64,000 nt of DNA from positions 128,001-192,000 of the IMG/VR virus record IMGVR_UViG_3300028048_000045. One strand, given 5' to 3'. Source of the DNA: a virus. Taxonomy: Duplodnaviria > Caudoviricetes. Positions 37,292 through 48,696 of this stretch are shown here, piece after piece. Every line of letters starts with the position of its first letter. The stretch's first letter is position 1. The position numbers and the translations under genes were made by a program. The notes below the pieces were generated by a model, which made no database searches, was not told the DNA's origin, and saw nothing but the letters and a program-made list of their open reading frames with translations.

Positions 37292-39427
37292 TTATTTTTT
37301 CAAAACATAAATATCTTGATCAAATTCTTTTCTGAAATATTGTACACTGTCATCAAACCCATTTAAACTACTAGGAGCTACTTTCTGATAAGTTGTTCCA
37401 ATTTTTATAAAATAAGTCATCTTCGGATCGAATGTTTCAGAAGATGTATCAATCTGAATATAATTAGCTTTAAAGTCTTTAACTGCAGAATTATAAGGTA
37501 CATATTCATCCTTTGCAGAATTATATGTGAAATACCTATAACCGTCAATCTGACCATTAATCAACATTTGATAATTAAGCTTCATATATTTACTTGATTT
37601 TTTATTAAGTCTGACAACCTGTAATTTGTATCCGTCAGCATTCTCAAATACACCATCGATATTGTTTAAATACCAACGACGTACTGGTTTGAATACATCA
37701 GCATATACATTTTCGAAAGTATGAATATTTCCATTAACTACCAAAATATCATCTGGAGTCCAATGTTTATTACGCATACAATCTTTAGCAGGTTTATCGA
37801 ATACTATATCATTTCTATTTTCAATAACTTCAACATCGTAACTTACTGGAGTAGCAGTATCGAATTGAATAATATTGTAAATACGATCTTTAAATTGAGC
37901 GTTTACAACATTTATAGCTGATGAAACGAAATGATAATTGAATTCTTCTGCACCATAATAATTCTTTATTGCTTCCTGATATTCTTCCATCAATTCAGCA
38001 AATTCTTCATCAGTATAAGTCTTATCAGGTTTAATAAACTCTGATACTGTAGGTAATGTTTCTACACGATGACCAATAATAATTTCCAAATATTTTTTCA
38101 GTTTAGCATATAATTCAGCATACAAAATATCAAATTCAATTGATACATTTTTCAAAATAATAGAATTAGATTTTGATGGGTCAACATCCCAATCTGTTTT
38201 AGAAACTATCTGATTATTACAAATCAAAACAGTTTTATTCTTATCTATGGCATTTGAAAAATTAAGTCTAGTTGTGAGCCAAACTGATTTTGATGGCTCT
38301 GCAGGTTCGCTCTTAAGGAGATTTCCCACAGATAGAGGAGCAATGTGATGAGAAATGATAACATTTTCCCATTTATAGATTTTAATATCGAAGAAATAAG
38401 AATATCCACGAGATTCATAAGGAATATTAAAATTCCAAATAGAGATACCAGCATCATTAATTGTCTTAGATAGGTAAGCATCGGGATTTTTTCCTTCTTT
38501 CATTGAAGTTTGTTGATATGTAGCGTATTTAATTACATTCGGAATGAATATTTGATTTTCAGAAAATTCAGAACGTTTGTAATCTACGATAAGTCCATTA
38601 CAAACAATAAACATATTGTCTAAGTCTGAACATGGAGTGTTATCACTATTAACAAATGTTAGAACAAGATCATCAAACATATGATGGTTGTTGTCACTAT
38701 AGTTTCCTGTAGCGAATACATTTGTTTCATAATTACCTAAACGATATGTGAATTTTCCAAAATTATCATGTACATTATTTTTTACACATCTGTTAGATTC
38801 TTCAAATATTTTACATGGAATAGATTCAAGATTGTATTGACCGTCGCCACGTTTAATATAATGTTCGATATTATCAGAATCGTAATAAACTGTTTCAGGA
38901 ATATCGTAAATATCTTGTACTTTAAACTTATTCCATACTGGATTATCCTGATTAAATAAAAGGCTATCACATACTTTTTCATATGTAGTATTGCCTAAAA
39001 CATAATCATCAGGATCAATATTTCCGACTAATGATGTAAAGATTCCGTGGTTAGTAACACCCATCTGAGGTCTTACCATTCCCATGTTAATCCAGATACC
39101 ATGCAAATTCTTATAATATTCATGTTTCAATCCGTATTTAAACGACAGATATTTTACCATATCTAAATATGTTTCCATTGAGCTGATTACTTCTTTATCA
39201 GCACCAATAAGAATCTGTGATTCTTTTTCAGCAGGATCTACAGAATATTCAAAATTAAAAATATCTACCGTTCTAGTACGTCTCTTTCTTGATAAAAGGG
39301 TATCGAGCGACATAGCTATCGGAGCGATACCCTTATCAAATACGAATACAACTGTTTGTGGATCGAAACAAGTTTTTTCAGAAGGTGCACGGTTGATTAT
39401 TGTTTCATTATAAACAAAATCAGCCAT
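37292..39427 (-). CDS. Probable virion structural protein (711 aa)
   Basis: Third gene of a late operon; recurrent hhhNG beta-turn motifs (FIVCNG, LVVNG). Confidence 0.7.
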   Translation of the reverse strand: MADFVYNETIINRAPSEKTCFDPQTVVFVFDKGIAPIAMSLDTLLSRKRRTRTVDIFNFEYSVDPAEKESQILIGADKEVISSMETYLDMVKYLSFKYGLKHEYYKNLHGIWINMGMVRPQMGVTNHGIFTSLVGNIDPDDYVLGNTTYEKVCDSLLFNQDNPVWNKFKVQDIYDIPETVYYDSDNIEHYIKRGDGQYNLESIPCKIFEESNRCVKNNVHDNFGKFTYRLGNYETNVFATGNYSDNNHHMFDDLVLTFVNSDNTPCSDLDNMFIVCNGLIVDYKRSEFSENQIFIPNVIKYATYQQTSMKEGKNPDAYLSKTINDAGISIWNFNIPYESRGYSYFFDIKIYKWENVIISHHIAPLSVGNLLKSEPAEPSKSVWLTTRLNFSNAIDKNKTVLICNNQIVSKTDWDVDPSKSNSIILKNVSIEFDILYAELYAKLKKYLEIIIGHRVETLPTVSEFIKPDKTYTDEEFAELMEEYQEAIKNYYGAEEFNYHFVSSAINVVNAQFKDRIYNIIQFDTATPVSYDVEVIENRNDIVFDKPAKDCMRNKHWTPDDILVVNGNIHTFENVYADVFKPVRRWYLNNIDGVFENADGYKLQVVRLNKKSSKYMKLNYQMLINGQIDGYRYFTYNSAKDEYVPYNSAVKDFKANYIQIDTSSETFDPKMTYFIKIGTTYQKVAPSSLNGFDDSVQYFRKEFDQDIYVLKK

Positions 39428-39440
39428 TTAGTTTCCTCCA

Positions 39441-41393
39441 TTAAAGACTAGTCTGTTCATGATTAATTACATAAGCATCGATATCTGTTGTTGTTAAAAC
39501 ACCATTTGTATCGTTTACCCATTTTGTTAAAATGAAATCATAATCTTTAAGATCATTTACAAGGATAGAAACTGAACGTTCACCAATAGGTGCAATTCTT
39601 CCAGTATCAGTATCACCAGAATTAATTGGGAAATCTGAAATAAGTTTTGTATAAGTTGAATCTTTAACAGAATATACCTGAAGTCTATTAGGCTGCAAAT
39701 AAATTCCGTCTGCAGAAATCTTACGCTTATATCTGTCAACAAATTTAGTTTTTCCAATAAGTCCTCTAGGATTTGTAATCTGGATAGTAAGTGTATTATC
39801 CAGTCTATTAATTTTAGCAATATTACTTAAATCAACAGACGATCTATCATATGTTTCTCTAAGAGTTGTAAGTGCACCATTTTCTTCATATCCATATGAG
39901 CTATTAGATCCATAATTAGCAATAAGAGCACCATTGAATGAACTAGCATCTGCACCAAACTTAACAACAAAGCGGAATTCTTTAGAAGAACCATTTGTAT
40001 AAAGAGTAAATCCAAATGTAGTATCACTACCAACTGTGTAATCCGATTTACAAGTAAATACCATTGACTGGTCATATGTATCGAAAATATATGGACAATC
40101 TGTAAATTCAACAGATAAACCATCACTATCTACTTTCTTGAATGTATTGAAGAAAGCTCTAGTCTTATTTTCAATTTCACCATTTTTATTAAGAGTAAAT
40201 ACTTTAAGTCTGTAAATTCTGTTTTTAATAGCAGAATCTACACCAGTTCCTTGTTCCTGCCACATAACTGGAAGAATCCTATAAATAGTTTCTGTTGTAT
40301 TAGCAACAATCTGGAACTTAATTGTCTTTTCAACAAATGTTCCATAAGGTTTGTTAAATTCATCAACGTTAGCGTAATATCTAATTACAACGTCATGAGT
40401 TTCTCCCTGAGCTTTGTTCTCAGTGCTCCAGTTATCAAGACCTTCAATATCAAGATTAGGTGAATTAAGAGAAACGAGTTTATTAGTTCCATCATTAAAT
40501 ACAACTCTAACCACGAATGAAAGTGTATTCGAAACATCTTCTCCAGCCTGTACAGGATAAATACCATTAGCTGAAGATTGAGAAATATTGTTACGAAGAA
40601 CTGTAACATTGATATCTGAAATAGACTGTGAAGGAACTTCTGTATTAGTTACAGCAGAATCTACAGCCTGGAATAATCTTGTACTAAGTAAAGTTCCATT
40701 ACTATTGAAGAAATCTACCTGATAGAATTCATTATTTTTAATAACTTCAGTCTGTCTGATAGGATCAACTTCTTCTGTAGCAAAAATCTTAGCAGGAAGC
40801 ATACGAGTGTATACTGTTCCAACAGCATTATCGCGCTGTGTAACCATACCAATATTCTGACCAACAAGATTATTATCCTGAATCATACCTGCTACATAAA
40901 TAGGTTTATTGTCTTCATTAAGCTTTTGAGCTTTTACAGTATAGTAAGCATATTCTTTAGGCCAAGTCAATGATGTGTTAGGATACATCATAAGATTTGA
41001 TCTATCGATATACATTGTATAAATGCGTCCGTTATTATAAGCAGACATCAACTGATTCAATACACCCTGAGATTCGTAATAAGCTAAGCGCTCATTAACT
41101 TCTTTTTCTTTAGATGTATAAACATAACGTTCTTCACCAGTGATAGCATCTTTAACAAGTTTACAAAGATAAACATATCTGTCATCATCGTAAAACTGTT
41201 CACCATCATATGGTGTTAACAATGATTTATTCAATTCAATGCGATCAGCCTGTTCAAGATCTTTAATGTATGGATTATCTTTAAATAAACGAATATCAGC
41301 AATATTAGCTGCAAAACGTCCTTTATATCCTTCTTTAGCAAGCTGAGTATAAGCCTGTCTATTAGGACTTGTATCTGAAATTTCTTCAGCCAT
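39441..41393 (-). CDS. Probable virion structural protein (650 aa), beta-rich/Ig-like
   Basis: In the late operon; AAGGAG RBS; VRVVFNDGT Ig-like segment. Confidence 0.7.
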   Translation of the reverse strand: MAEEISDTSPNRQAYTQLAKEGYKGRFAANIADIRLFKDNPYIKDLEQADRIELNKSLLTPYDGEQFYDDDRYVYLCKLVKDAITGEERYVYTSKEKEVNERLAYYESQGVLNQLMSAYNNGRIYTMYIDRSNLMMYPNTSLTWPKEYAYYTVKAQKLNEDNKPIYVAGMIQDNNLVGQNIGMVTQRDNAVGTVYTRMLPAKIFATEEVDPIRQTEVIKNNEFYQVDFFNSNGTLLSTRLFQAVDSAVTNTEVPSQSISDINVTVLRNNISQSSANGIYPVQAGEDVSNTLSFVVRVVFNDGTNKLVSLNSPNLDIEGLDNWSTENKAQGETHDVVIRYYANVDEFNKPYGTFVEKTIKFQIVANTTETIYRILPVMWQEQGTGVDSAIKNRIYRLKVFTLNKNGEIENKTRAFFNTFKKVDSDGLSVEFTDCPYIFDTYDQSMVFTCKSDYTVGSDTTFGFTLYTNGSSKEFRFVVKFGADASSFNGALIANYGSNSSYGYEENGALTTLRETYDRSSVDLSNIAKINRLDNTLTIQITNPRGLIGKTKFVDRYKRKISADGIYLQPNRLQVYSVKDSTYTKLISDFPINSGDTDTGRIAPIGERSVSILVNDLKDYDFILTKWVNDTNGVLTTTDIDAYVINHEQTSL

Positions 41394-41427
41394 TTTATTC
41401 TCCTTACGTTATATTTAATTTCATCAT

Positions 41428-44400
41428 TTAGAGTTTAAATGTATTAGGATAAATGATATTTATCAATTCCTTAGCTTTACGTTTAGCCAAAGCTTTATAA
41501 GTATCATATTGTTCACTATCCAAATTATCATCTAATCCGTCTTTTGATGAAAGGAATTTTATCAATGCATTTTCAATAGATGCATAGTATCCATCTTCAG
41601 CATCGAAATCCATATTGTATACATACTTCAATGGATATATTTTATTAAGTATATATCTAATTCCCAAATATTTGAGAATAGAACAATCTTCAACATATTC
41701 TCTAGCTTTTATCATAAGAGCTTTTTCACAAGCATCTTCTAATATTTCTGAATTCCATCCATAACCAAAATTGACGATATCTACATCTGTTCCAGTCCAT
41801 TTGATTCCTTTTTTATCAGGATCTAATGGGAAATCTATAGGATACAAGATATTAGATAACTTGTTTTGACACATGGCTTTAACTAATTTATCTTCTCCTG
41901 TTGCGAAATCGATAATTAGATCATCTTCAGAATTATCAAAAGTATCCAATAAGATCATATAGAAGAAACTTCTTCTAAGATCGATTGTTGAGCCAGGATA
42001 AATATGTTTTACAGTTCCATCAACTACATTTACTTCTCTAATAGGATTTATAACGTCAGGCATCATACCATCATAATAACGATTAGCATCTATAACGATA
42101 TCCAATCTATCATTAATAATTACATTTTCAAATACTGAGAAGTATTTAAGAACTATAGGATCTATGTCAAGATCTTTGAAACCTTGAGTTTTTGTTTTTC
42201 CAGAATTAGCTAACCAGTTGATATACATCAATTCCAAAGTATCTGAGAAAGCATTTTCAGATTCTGTAGATTCTTCAGGATTTTCAATCTGTTTAACACT
42301 ATCTACATCTGTAACAAATCCATGATTTCCTTTATAAACTTCAAAGAAAATTTTAGCTTTTTGCCAAGCTTCATATTTTTCTTCTTCAGATTTAGAAGGT
42401 CTCTGAATTACATCTTCAAAATTATCAGTTGGTAAAATATCATAACCATGAGCAATTATATAATCGGTATATTCTTTATAATACTGATTAGAATAATTTT
42501 CTTCTTCATCACCAACAAAATCAGAATAATACGGATTCATTTTATAAACAAAATCAACATTCGGTCTATTGGCTTCATTAGGTTTAGAAGGATCGCATTT
42601 CCAAAATATTTCTTCCAAAAGTTTTTCAAAAGCTGTAGGTTGATAAAGATCTATATAGTCTTGAATTTCCGATTCCTTATATTGTAAATTAGTAGTAATC
42701 AGAATAGTTCTTATAGGTCTTGTAATATTATGTACACGAATAAGTTTATCAGACAAAATATCAATATCATAAGCTGACATTTTTTTACCATTGATAAAAA
42801 TATTCATATATTCTGTAGAAACTGGATATTTTAATTCGGATAAATAAATTAAACCATATCTATTATTAATTACAAGATCATCATAACCAACAATAAGAAT
42901 GTTTGTCTTGGTTGAGTTAAACTGAACTGTGAAAATATCGTTTGTAGTAGGCTGAGCTTTCAAAACAATAAATGATGAAGCAATAGCCTTATTTTTTTCA
43001 GGATTAATAAATGTATAATCTTTTCCATAAATCAACTCAAGTCCATTTTTACTAATAATAGGCTCAGAGTTATTGATATAAGGAATAAAATCAATTACTT
43101 CATTAACACCTGTTAATTCATCATATGAATTACCATTACTATCAAGTTTTGTAGTATGATTATAAATAATGTATTTAGAATAAATAGGTATAATCAAATC
43201 ATTATCAGACATGTAAGACTGGTCGATATTTGAATAGATTAATTCTTCAATTACATTATATTGCTTAATAAGAATAAAGAAATATCCTTCAGTTTTTTCA
43301 GCTTCGTACAGTTGAACGTTAATTGTTAATCCGGTTTCATCTCTATCAGTTATATAGAATTTTTTAACCATTCTATAACCAATATTGTCTTTTGTAGGAT
43401 AAACTAAATAATATTCATCTTGTGTAGAATCATACCATTTTTTACAAACCTGTTCAATAGCACAAACATCGTCCGTCAAGAATTCTTCACCAAATGGAAG
43501 TTGATCATAAGTAAATCGTTTAGAATAAACTTTATTACCTTCATCATCATAACCAAGTTCACTAAATTCTGACAAATTAGCTCTGTAAATAGATTTTTCA
43601 CGATAAGTTAAATCAAACTGGAATATCTCTACTGTATTTACACCAGAAACATATTTACCAGTTTCATCTTGAACTAATGGTTTAAAACATGATTTATCAA
43701 TTATGATGTAATCTATATTTGCTTCACGGACTGTTGAATATTTTGTAAAATCAATTAATTGATGATTAACATAAATTTTATAATAAACGTTTTGATTTAC
43801 ATTTTCAATTTTACTTACTGATGTTACTTTTACATCTTCAGCATTTCCATAAACTAAGAAACGCTTGCTAGGATTTTTCCATTGTTCCATAAGACGTCTT
43901 AAAAGTGTAGGACGTTCAGTAATTAATTCCTTAGCTCTAGATGTAGCAGTATTTCTTTCCAGTTTAAGTTTATCATATTTATTAATAGCTTTTTGTACAT
44001 CAAATAAATCGCCATTTTTTGACAAAACTTCTTTGAAACTAGTCTGATATTTTAGATCATCGAAAATTGAATATGTATAATGACCACGCATTCTATCAAC
44101 GCATCGTCTTACACCAAGCATATTTAGAAGATAATAATCATCTCCATAAGAAGAATATGCAACATCATCAACTTTCTTATCAATATCTTCAATAAAGAAA
44201 TCTACTTTATTTTCATCGAAATCAGTTTCTGTTATCGAATATTCAAACGAAAATCTTGATGTTTGAATTATTTTCGAATCATCAATCCTTTTACCATCAT
44301 AGAAAAAAGAAAGGGCAGATTTTGTAATAGGACCGGAAATAATATCAACTTTATAATCATCATTGATGTAAAAGTGCAATTTATTTGTATCTTCGTCAAC

Positions 44401-45393
44401 ATGTGTAATTGCAGGAACTTTATATCTATAAATTACATCATTGAGAATGTAAAATTCCAAATCACCAGAAACGAAAGATACTGGGAAATTAAGAGTCAAT
44501 AAATTACCATTTTTACTAATAGAATCGACAATGAATTCTTCACCATTAACAAAAGCTAATATTTTCTCTTTTACAATTTCCAAATTTCGATGATCGTCAT
44601 ATTTGTATTTACTGTCGGTTAAATCAATAGTTATAGAACTACCATTGATTTTACCACGATGATATAAACATTCTGATCCAGACTGTCTATAGTCGATTGT
44701 AAATACACAATCTATATTAGAATTATCGTCGTAAATATTTCCAGGAATGTATTTTTTAGGAATAAATACATCTGTATACATTTTGTTTGAATAAACAAAT
44801 ACTTCATTATCCGGTATTTTTATACCATTTACATATATAAAAAGAGAAGCAAATTCATTTACAACAAGTTTATCAACTCGCTGTAATGGAAATGAGCTAA
44901 TATCTTTTTCAAGTATTTCTTTATCGCCAAAATGCTGAATTACCGTATTTGTTTCTGGATCTACTGTAGAATTCAATGAAGTAGCTGAATAAAAATGTTT
45001 TTTAGTGATATAAGTATCAGAAATTTCATTTTTATAACAACTTTTATCATTAGTTCTAACTGTTCCACAATTAACATATTTACTATTGATTACAGCATTA
45101 GTCTTAAACTTAAAATAAGGAACCGATACAGATTGAATTTCTTTATCAGATACTTTAGTAGTATCCATAAAAAATTGAGTTAAATCTATATAAGTTCCAT
45201 CATTAAGAAGACCTTTGTTATTATCAAATAAATTTAATTGGGTTTTAAAATCGTTTCTAACATTACCACGTTTTACATACTCTTGACGTACATCAAATAC
45301 ATTATTAGCATCTGATACACGAGTCATTGCTTGCCAAGAGGGATCGTTGTTTCGGAGTATGGTATAGTTACTTTCTGTAAGAATTACACTCAT
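41428..45393 (-). CDS. Large probable virion (baseplate/tail) protein (1321 aa)
   Basis: First gene after GACA TTAATA TA; repeated IYVNG/FVNG/FYDG/IFING motifs. Confidence 0.72.
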   Translation of the reverse strand: MSVILTESNYTILRNNDPSWQAMTRVSDANNVFDVRQEYVKRGNVRNDFKTQLNLFDNNKGLLNDGTYIDLTQFFMDTTKVSDKEIQSVSVPYFKFKTNAVINSKYVNCGTVRTNDKSCYKNEISDTYITKKHFYSATSLNSTVDPETNTVIQHFGDKEILEKDISSFPLQRVDKLVVNEFASLFIYVNGIKIPDNEVFVYSNKMYTDVFIPKKYIPGNIYDDNSNIDCVFTIDYRQSGSECLYHRGKINGSSITIDLTDSKYKYDDHRNLEIVKEKILAFVNGEEFIVDSISKNGNLLTLNFPVSFVSGDLEFYILNDVIYRYKVPAITHVDEDTNKLHFYINDDYKVDIISGPITKSALSFFYDGKRIDDSKIIQTSRFSFEYSITETDFDENKVDFFIEDIDKKVDDVAYSSYGDDYYLLNMLGVRRCVDRMRGHYTYSIFDDLKYQTSFKEVLSKNGDLFDVQKAINKYDKLKLERNTATSRAKELITERPTLLRRLMEQWKNPSKRFLVYGNAEDVKVTSVSKIENVNQNVYYKIYVNHQLIDFTKYSTVREANIDYIIIDKSCFKPLVQDETGKYVSGVNTVEIFQFDLTYREKSIYRANLSEFSELGYDDEGNKVYSKRFTYDQLPFGEEFLTDDVCAIEQVCKKWYDSTQDEYYLVYPTKDNIGYRMVKKFYITDRDETGLTINVQLYEAEKTEGYFFILIKQYNVIEELIYSNIDQSYMSDNDLIIPIYSKYIIYNHTTKLDSNGNSYDELTGVNEVIDFIPYINNSEPIISKNGLELIYGKDYTFINPEKNKAIASSFIVLKAQPTTNDIFTVQFNSTKTNILIVGYDDLVINNRYGLIYLSELKYPVSTEYMNIFINGKKMSAYDIDILSDKLIRVHNITRPIRTILITTNLQYKESEIQDYIDLYQPTAFEKLLEEIFWKCDPSKPNEANRPNVDFVYKMNPYYSDFVGDEEENYSNQYYKEYTDYIIAHGYDILPTDNFEDVIQRPSKSEEEKYEAWQKAKIFFEVYKGNHGFVTDVDSVKQIENPEESTESENAFSDTLELMYINWLANSGKTKTQGFKDLDIDPIVLKYFSVFENVIINDRLDIVIDANRYYDGMMPDVINPIREVNVVDGTVKHIYPGSTIDLRRSFFYMILLDTFDNSEDDLIIDFATGEDKLVKAMCQNKLSNILYPIDFPLDPDKKGIKWTGTDVDIVNFGYGWNSEILEDACEKALMIKAREYVEDCSILKYLGIRYILNKIYPLKYVYNMDFDAEDGYYASIENALIKFLSSKDGLDDNLDSEQYDTYKALAKRKAKELINIIYPNTFKL

Positions 45394-45422
45394 AAATAAC
45401 CCCTTTTTATTAATAAAAACTA

Positions 45423-45434
45423 TATATTAATGTC
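45423..45434 (-). promoter_or_regulatory. Late-type promoter GACA-N6-TA
   Basis: Minus strand GACA TTAATA TA. Confidence 0.6.
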
Positions 45435-45447
45435 TTCGAATAAGAAT

Positions 45448-45476
45448 ATAGACAGGGTATAAAACCCTGTCTATTT
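45448..45476. terminator. Intrinsic terminator
   Basis: ATAGACAGGGT-ataaa-ACCCTGTCTAT. Confidence 0.8.
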
Positions 45477-45496
45477 ATCGTTTTTATTAAATAAAT

Positions 45497-47272
45497 TTAA
45501 GTTCTTTCAAAGAAATTGAATGTAAAGAAATCAAAATCTTCTTTACTTACAAGTATACGATTATTATACTTCTCAAATTCGTCTGCAGAATTAAAGAATT
45601 GATAATATCTAACATTATTTTCCATAGTAGCCGACCAATGCTGAATATCCTGTAAAATATTTTCGAGATATAACGAACTAATATTAATGATATTTGAGGA
45701 CAGTTTTACTATAATAGAAAATAACTGATCAACGATGTTAGTATATTTTGAAGTATCAAAACCATTTTCCTTATCATTAGCTAATATATATTCCATATCT
45801 TTAGTATTAATTTTAACATCTTTGAAATAAAGACATCTTAGTTCTTCATACAAATGGTGTAAAACATAATCTTTATACATTTCACCAGCTTTTCCATACT
45901 TTATAGCTTTATTTATACAATTAATGAAACAGTTTTCAATCATTTTATATACTTCAAATGGTTTATGCTCAGGATACCATTTATCTAAGAAAATATCCGG
46001 ATTCATATAAATCAAATTGAAGAATTCATTGCGAAGTTCTACAATTTCTTTCATATTCTTAGATATCATTTCGAAAACATTATGCATAGCATTAATATCT
46101 ACAATAAAACTATTATTAGATTTCATATAATCTCTATTCATAGATTCTATAGTCGAAATCATTGTATAAAGTTTTGTTGTAGCAGCTACGCTTGTAGATA
46201 CCGGATCTTTTGGCTGATATGTTTTAATTGTATCATCTTTGTATAAATCTTTTTCATCAGATGCTATATCTGAAAGCATGTCTGTAATCAATTTATAAGA
46301 TGATTGTTTAGTTTGTAAAGCAAAGAAATAATCGTAATTTGTCCTGAACTTAATCAAATAATCTTTGATAACTTTAGCAGTTCTAGAATTATAAATAAAA
46401 AGTTCATTTCTAATGTTTTCAATTACATCATCTGTAACATTTGTAGATACATCTAACCTAGAATATCGTCTAATTATTTCGATTAAACACATTATTAAAA
46501 TATAATTTAAAATAGCTGGTAGATCATAATTTGACAATTCAAGGTTAATATAATAATCTTTTTCAGGATCAGCTCTAGTATTAATTACATCAACCAAAAT
46601 CTGCTTATTACTATCCAATTTCTCATATTCATCTTTAGTATGTCTACCTACAATACTAAAATGATCTAAAAGCTTTAAAGGATCACCGATTAAATTTGTT
46701 CCGGTATTTGATATCGCAACTGGAACAAATTTAAAATTCTTAAGAGATTTTTCCAGCTTGTTCAAAATTTTATTAGAAATAGAATTTACATATTCATCGT
46801 CGATAAGAAAACTAGAAATCGCAGATTCGATACAAATAATAAATGGTTTTTCATTATTGTAATCCAAATCTTCTTTAGTCATTCTAGAATATTCGGCTTC
46901 AAGAATAGGAATAAAATATTTGTATTTGAATGTATTGTAGAAATTGATTTCGAAATTTTTATCAAATACAATACTCATTAATTTTGAAACAATCGGCATT
47001 AATAATTTATCAATAATCAAATCCTTAGATGTATTGAATTCATCATTATCGCGATCATAACAACTAATAGGCAGCACCACAATGTCATTTTTCTTATATT
47101 TTTTACTAAGTTTAAAATATTTACAATTATCCAATGTGCTGGCAAAATAGTCTACATCGGCTTTCTTAAGTAAAAAATGTCTATATGCCCGTTCATATAA
47201 TGATTTAGCATATGGTCTATCCTTAATGATATTTACAAAATCATAAGTGATATATCTAGTTTCTCTTTCCAT
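45497..47272 (-). CDS. Hypothetical protein (591 aa)
   Basis: Long, very AT-rich ORF; AAGGAG in the end of the upstream gene. Confidence 0.75.
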   Translation of the reverse strand: MERETRYITYDFVNIIKDRPYAKSLYERAYRHFLLKKADVDYFASTLDNCKYFKLSKKYKKNDIVVLPISCYDRDNDEFNTSKDLIIDKLLMPIVSKLMSIVFDKNFEINFYNTFKYKYFIPILEAEYSRMTKEDLDYNNEKPFIICIESAISSFLIDDEYVNSISNKILNKLEKSLKNFKFVPVAISNTGTNLIGDPLKLLDHFSIVGRHTKDEYEKLDSNKQILVDVINTRADPEKDYYINLELSNYDLPAILNYILIMCLIEIIRRYSRLDVSTNVTDDVIENIRNELFIYNSRTAKVIKDYLIKFRTNYDYFFALQTKQSSYKLITDMLSDIASDEKDLYKDDTIKTYQPKDPVSTSVAATTKLYTMISTIESMNRDYMKSNNSFIVDINAMHNVFEMISKNMKEIVELRNEFFNLIYMNPDIFLDKWYPEHKPFEVYKMIENCFINCINKAIKYGKAGEMYKDYVLHHLYEELRCLYFKDVKINTKDMEYILANDKENGFDTSKYTNIVDQLFSIIVKLSSNIINISSLYLENILQDIQHWSATMENNVRYYQFFNSADEFEKYNNRILVSKEDFDFFTFNFFERT

Positions 47273-47275
47273 TTT

Positions 47276-48625
47276 TTAAAACTCCTTAATTACTCTAAAT
47301 TCGATATAATTGTTTGGATTAATTATTAAATCTTCATCAATAACTTCATTCCACCTATCAATAAAATTATACTTTTGTACATTAGACAAAGATGTTTCAT
47401 TTCTAGTACAAAAATATTCACTTATTGTTTTAAGTCTCTTATACATTTCAGTAGTGTATACTGGCTGTGGTTGATTTTTATCAAAACAAGCTACATATAA
47501 GTTTTTAAGATCACCCATAATATTCATAGCTACGTTATTATGTGTACGCATATGCTCAACGATAGATTTAACATATTGTGTGAAATCTTTAATGTTATCG
47601 CTATTATTCATAATAGCTTTTTTATTACGTTTAACGCTTAATATAGAATCGCAGAATGTAATAACGTTTCTAAGATACTTAACATTTTGTTTGATATTGA
47701 TAAGATTCTGTGTATAATAAAGATTTGAATCAGAAATAATTGATTTAATTTCAGGATATTTTTCTTTATTCTTATCCAAGAACCATCCGAACGATTGTTT
47801 TATTTGTGTAACAAATGCATATCTAATCGAACGTTTGATAATAGTGTATACTAAAGTTGATGCCATAACACCATTTTCTTTCAAATCAATTTCTTCAAAA
47901 ACATCATGATTAATATAATATTTCAAAGCATTATAACCAATATCATCTACTAAAATAGATGATGGTACTTTATCAAATTTAAATTCATTATCAAAAGAAA
48001 ACGTTTTACGAAGTTTTTCAGAAACATAATTTGGTCTGAAAAATAAATCATAAACAGAAATATCACATTTCTCATAATCATTCATTTCGTAAATATTATA
48101 ACGATTGAAAGATATAAATCTTTTTGTACAAAGATGTAAAACATTCAATGTTATTTCGTTTATAGCATCATCGAATTCGCTATAATGATTTATAAAATCT
48201 GTAAAAGCAGTTTCAAATGGAAAAATTGTAGATTTTAATGAAATAGATTCCACAGTATAATTTCGAACTGTCGAAGCCATTTTTGAAAAATAGATTTTAG
48301 CATAAGTTTTATAAAACTTTTCTAAAAATCTGCTATCTATAAAAAATCTGGATACTTCACCGTGTACTATGAAAGTTAAGAATTGAGAAAAAAGTTTATC
48401 AGGAACATTATTGAATAAACAATTAGATGGAAACTTAAAACTTTTTTCATCATGATTATAAAAAACAGTTCCAATGCATGTTTTTCCAAAATATTCAAAA
48501 ATATTAGAATATTTTTTATTACAAGAAAATTTATATGTTCTAGTTGAAAGTATTTTATTTAATGAGGCTTCATTTTTAATTTCCGAATAATTTATAAAGC
48601 CATATGACGGATTTATACAGGCCAT
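47276..48625 (-). CDS. Hypothetical protein (449 aa); possible distant paralog of the downstream gene
   Basis: AGGAGG RBS; shares an ILVD.I...YYIN pattern with 45497-47272. Confidence 0.75.
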   Translation of the reverse strand: MACINPSYGFINYSEIKNEASLNKILSTRTYKFSCNKKYSNIFEYFGKTCIGTVFYNHDEKSFKFPSNCLFNNVPDKLFSQFLTFIVHGEVSRFFIDSRFLEKFYKTYAKIYFSKMASTVRNYTVESISLKSTIFPFETAFTDFINHYSEFDDAINEITLNVLHLCTKRFISFNRYNIYEMNDYEKCDISVYDLFFRPNYVSEKLRKTFSFDNEFKFDKVPSSILVDDIGYNALKYYINHDVFEEIDLKENGVMASTLVYTIIKRSIRYAFVTQIKQSFGWFLDKNKEKYPEIKSIISDSNLYYTQNLINIKQNVKYLRNVITFCDSILSVKRNKKAIMNNSDNIKDFTQYVKSIVEHMRTHNNVAMNIMGDLKNLYVACFDKNQPQPVYTTEMYKRLKTISEYFCTRNETSLSNVQKYNFIDRWNEVIDEDLIINPNNYIEFRVIKEF

Positions 48626-48643
48626 ATTTTACAATCCTCCTAT

Positions 48644-48678
48644 AAAAAAAGAATGGTATCGAAATGATACCATTCTTT
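48644..48678. terminator. Intrinsic terminator
   Basis: AAAGAATGGTATC-gaaat-GATACCATTCTTT. Confidence 0.85.
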
Positions 48679-48696
48679 ATATTTCAGAATTTAATT

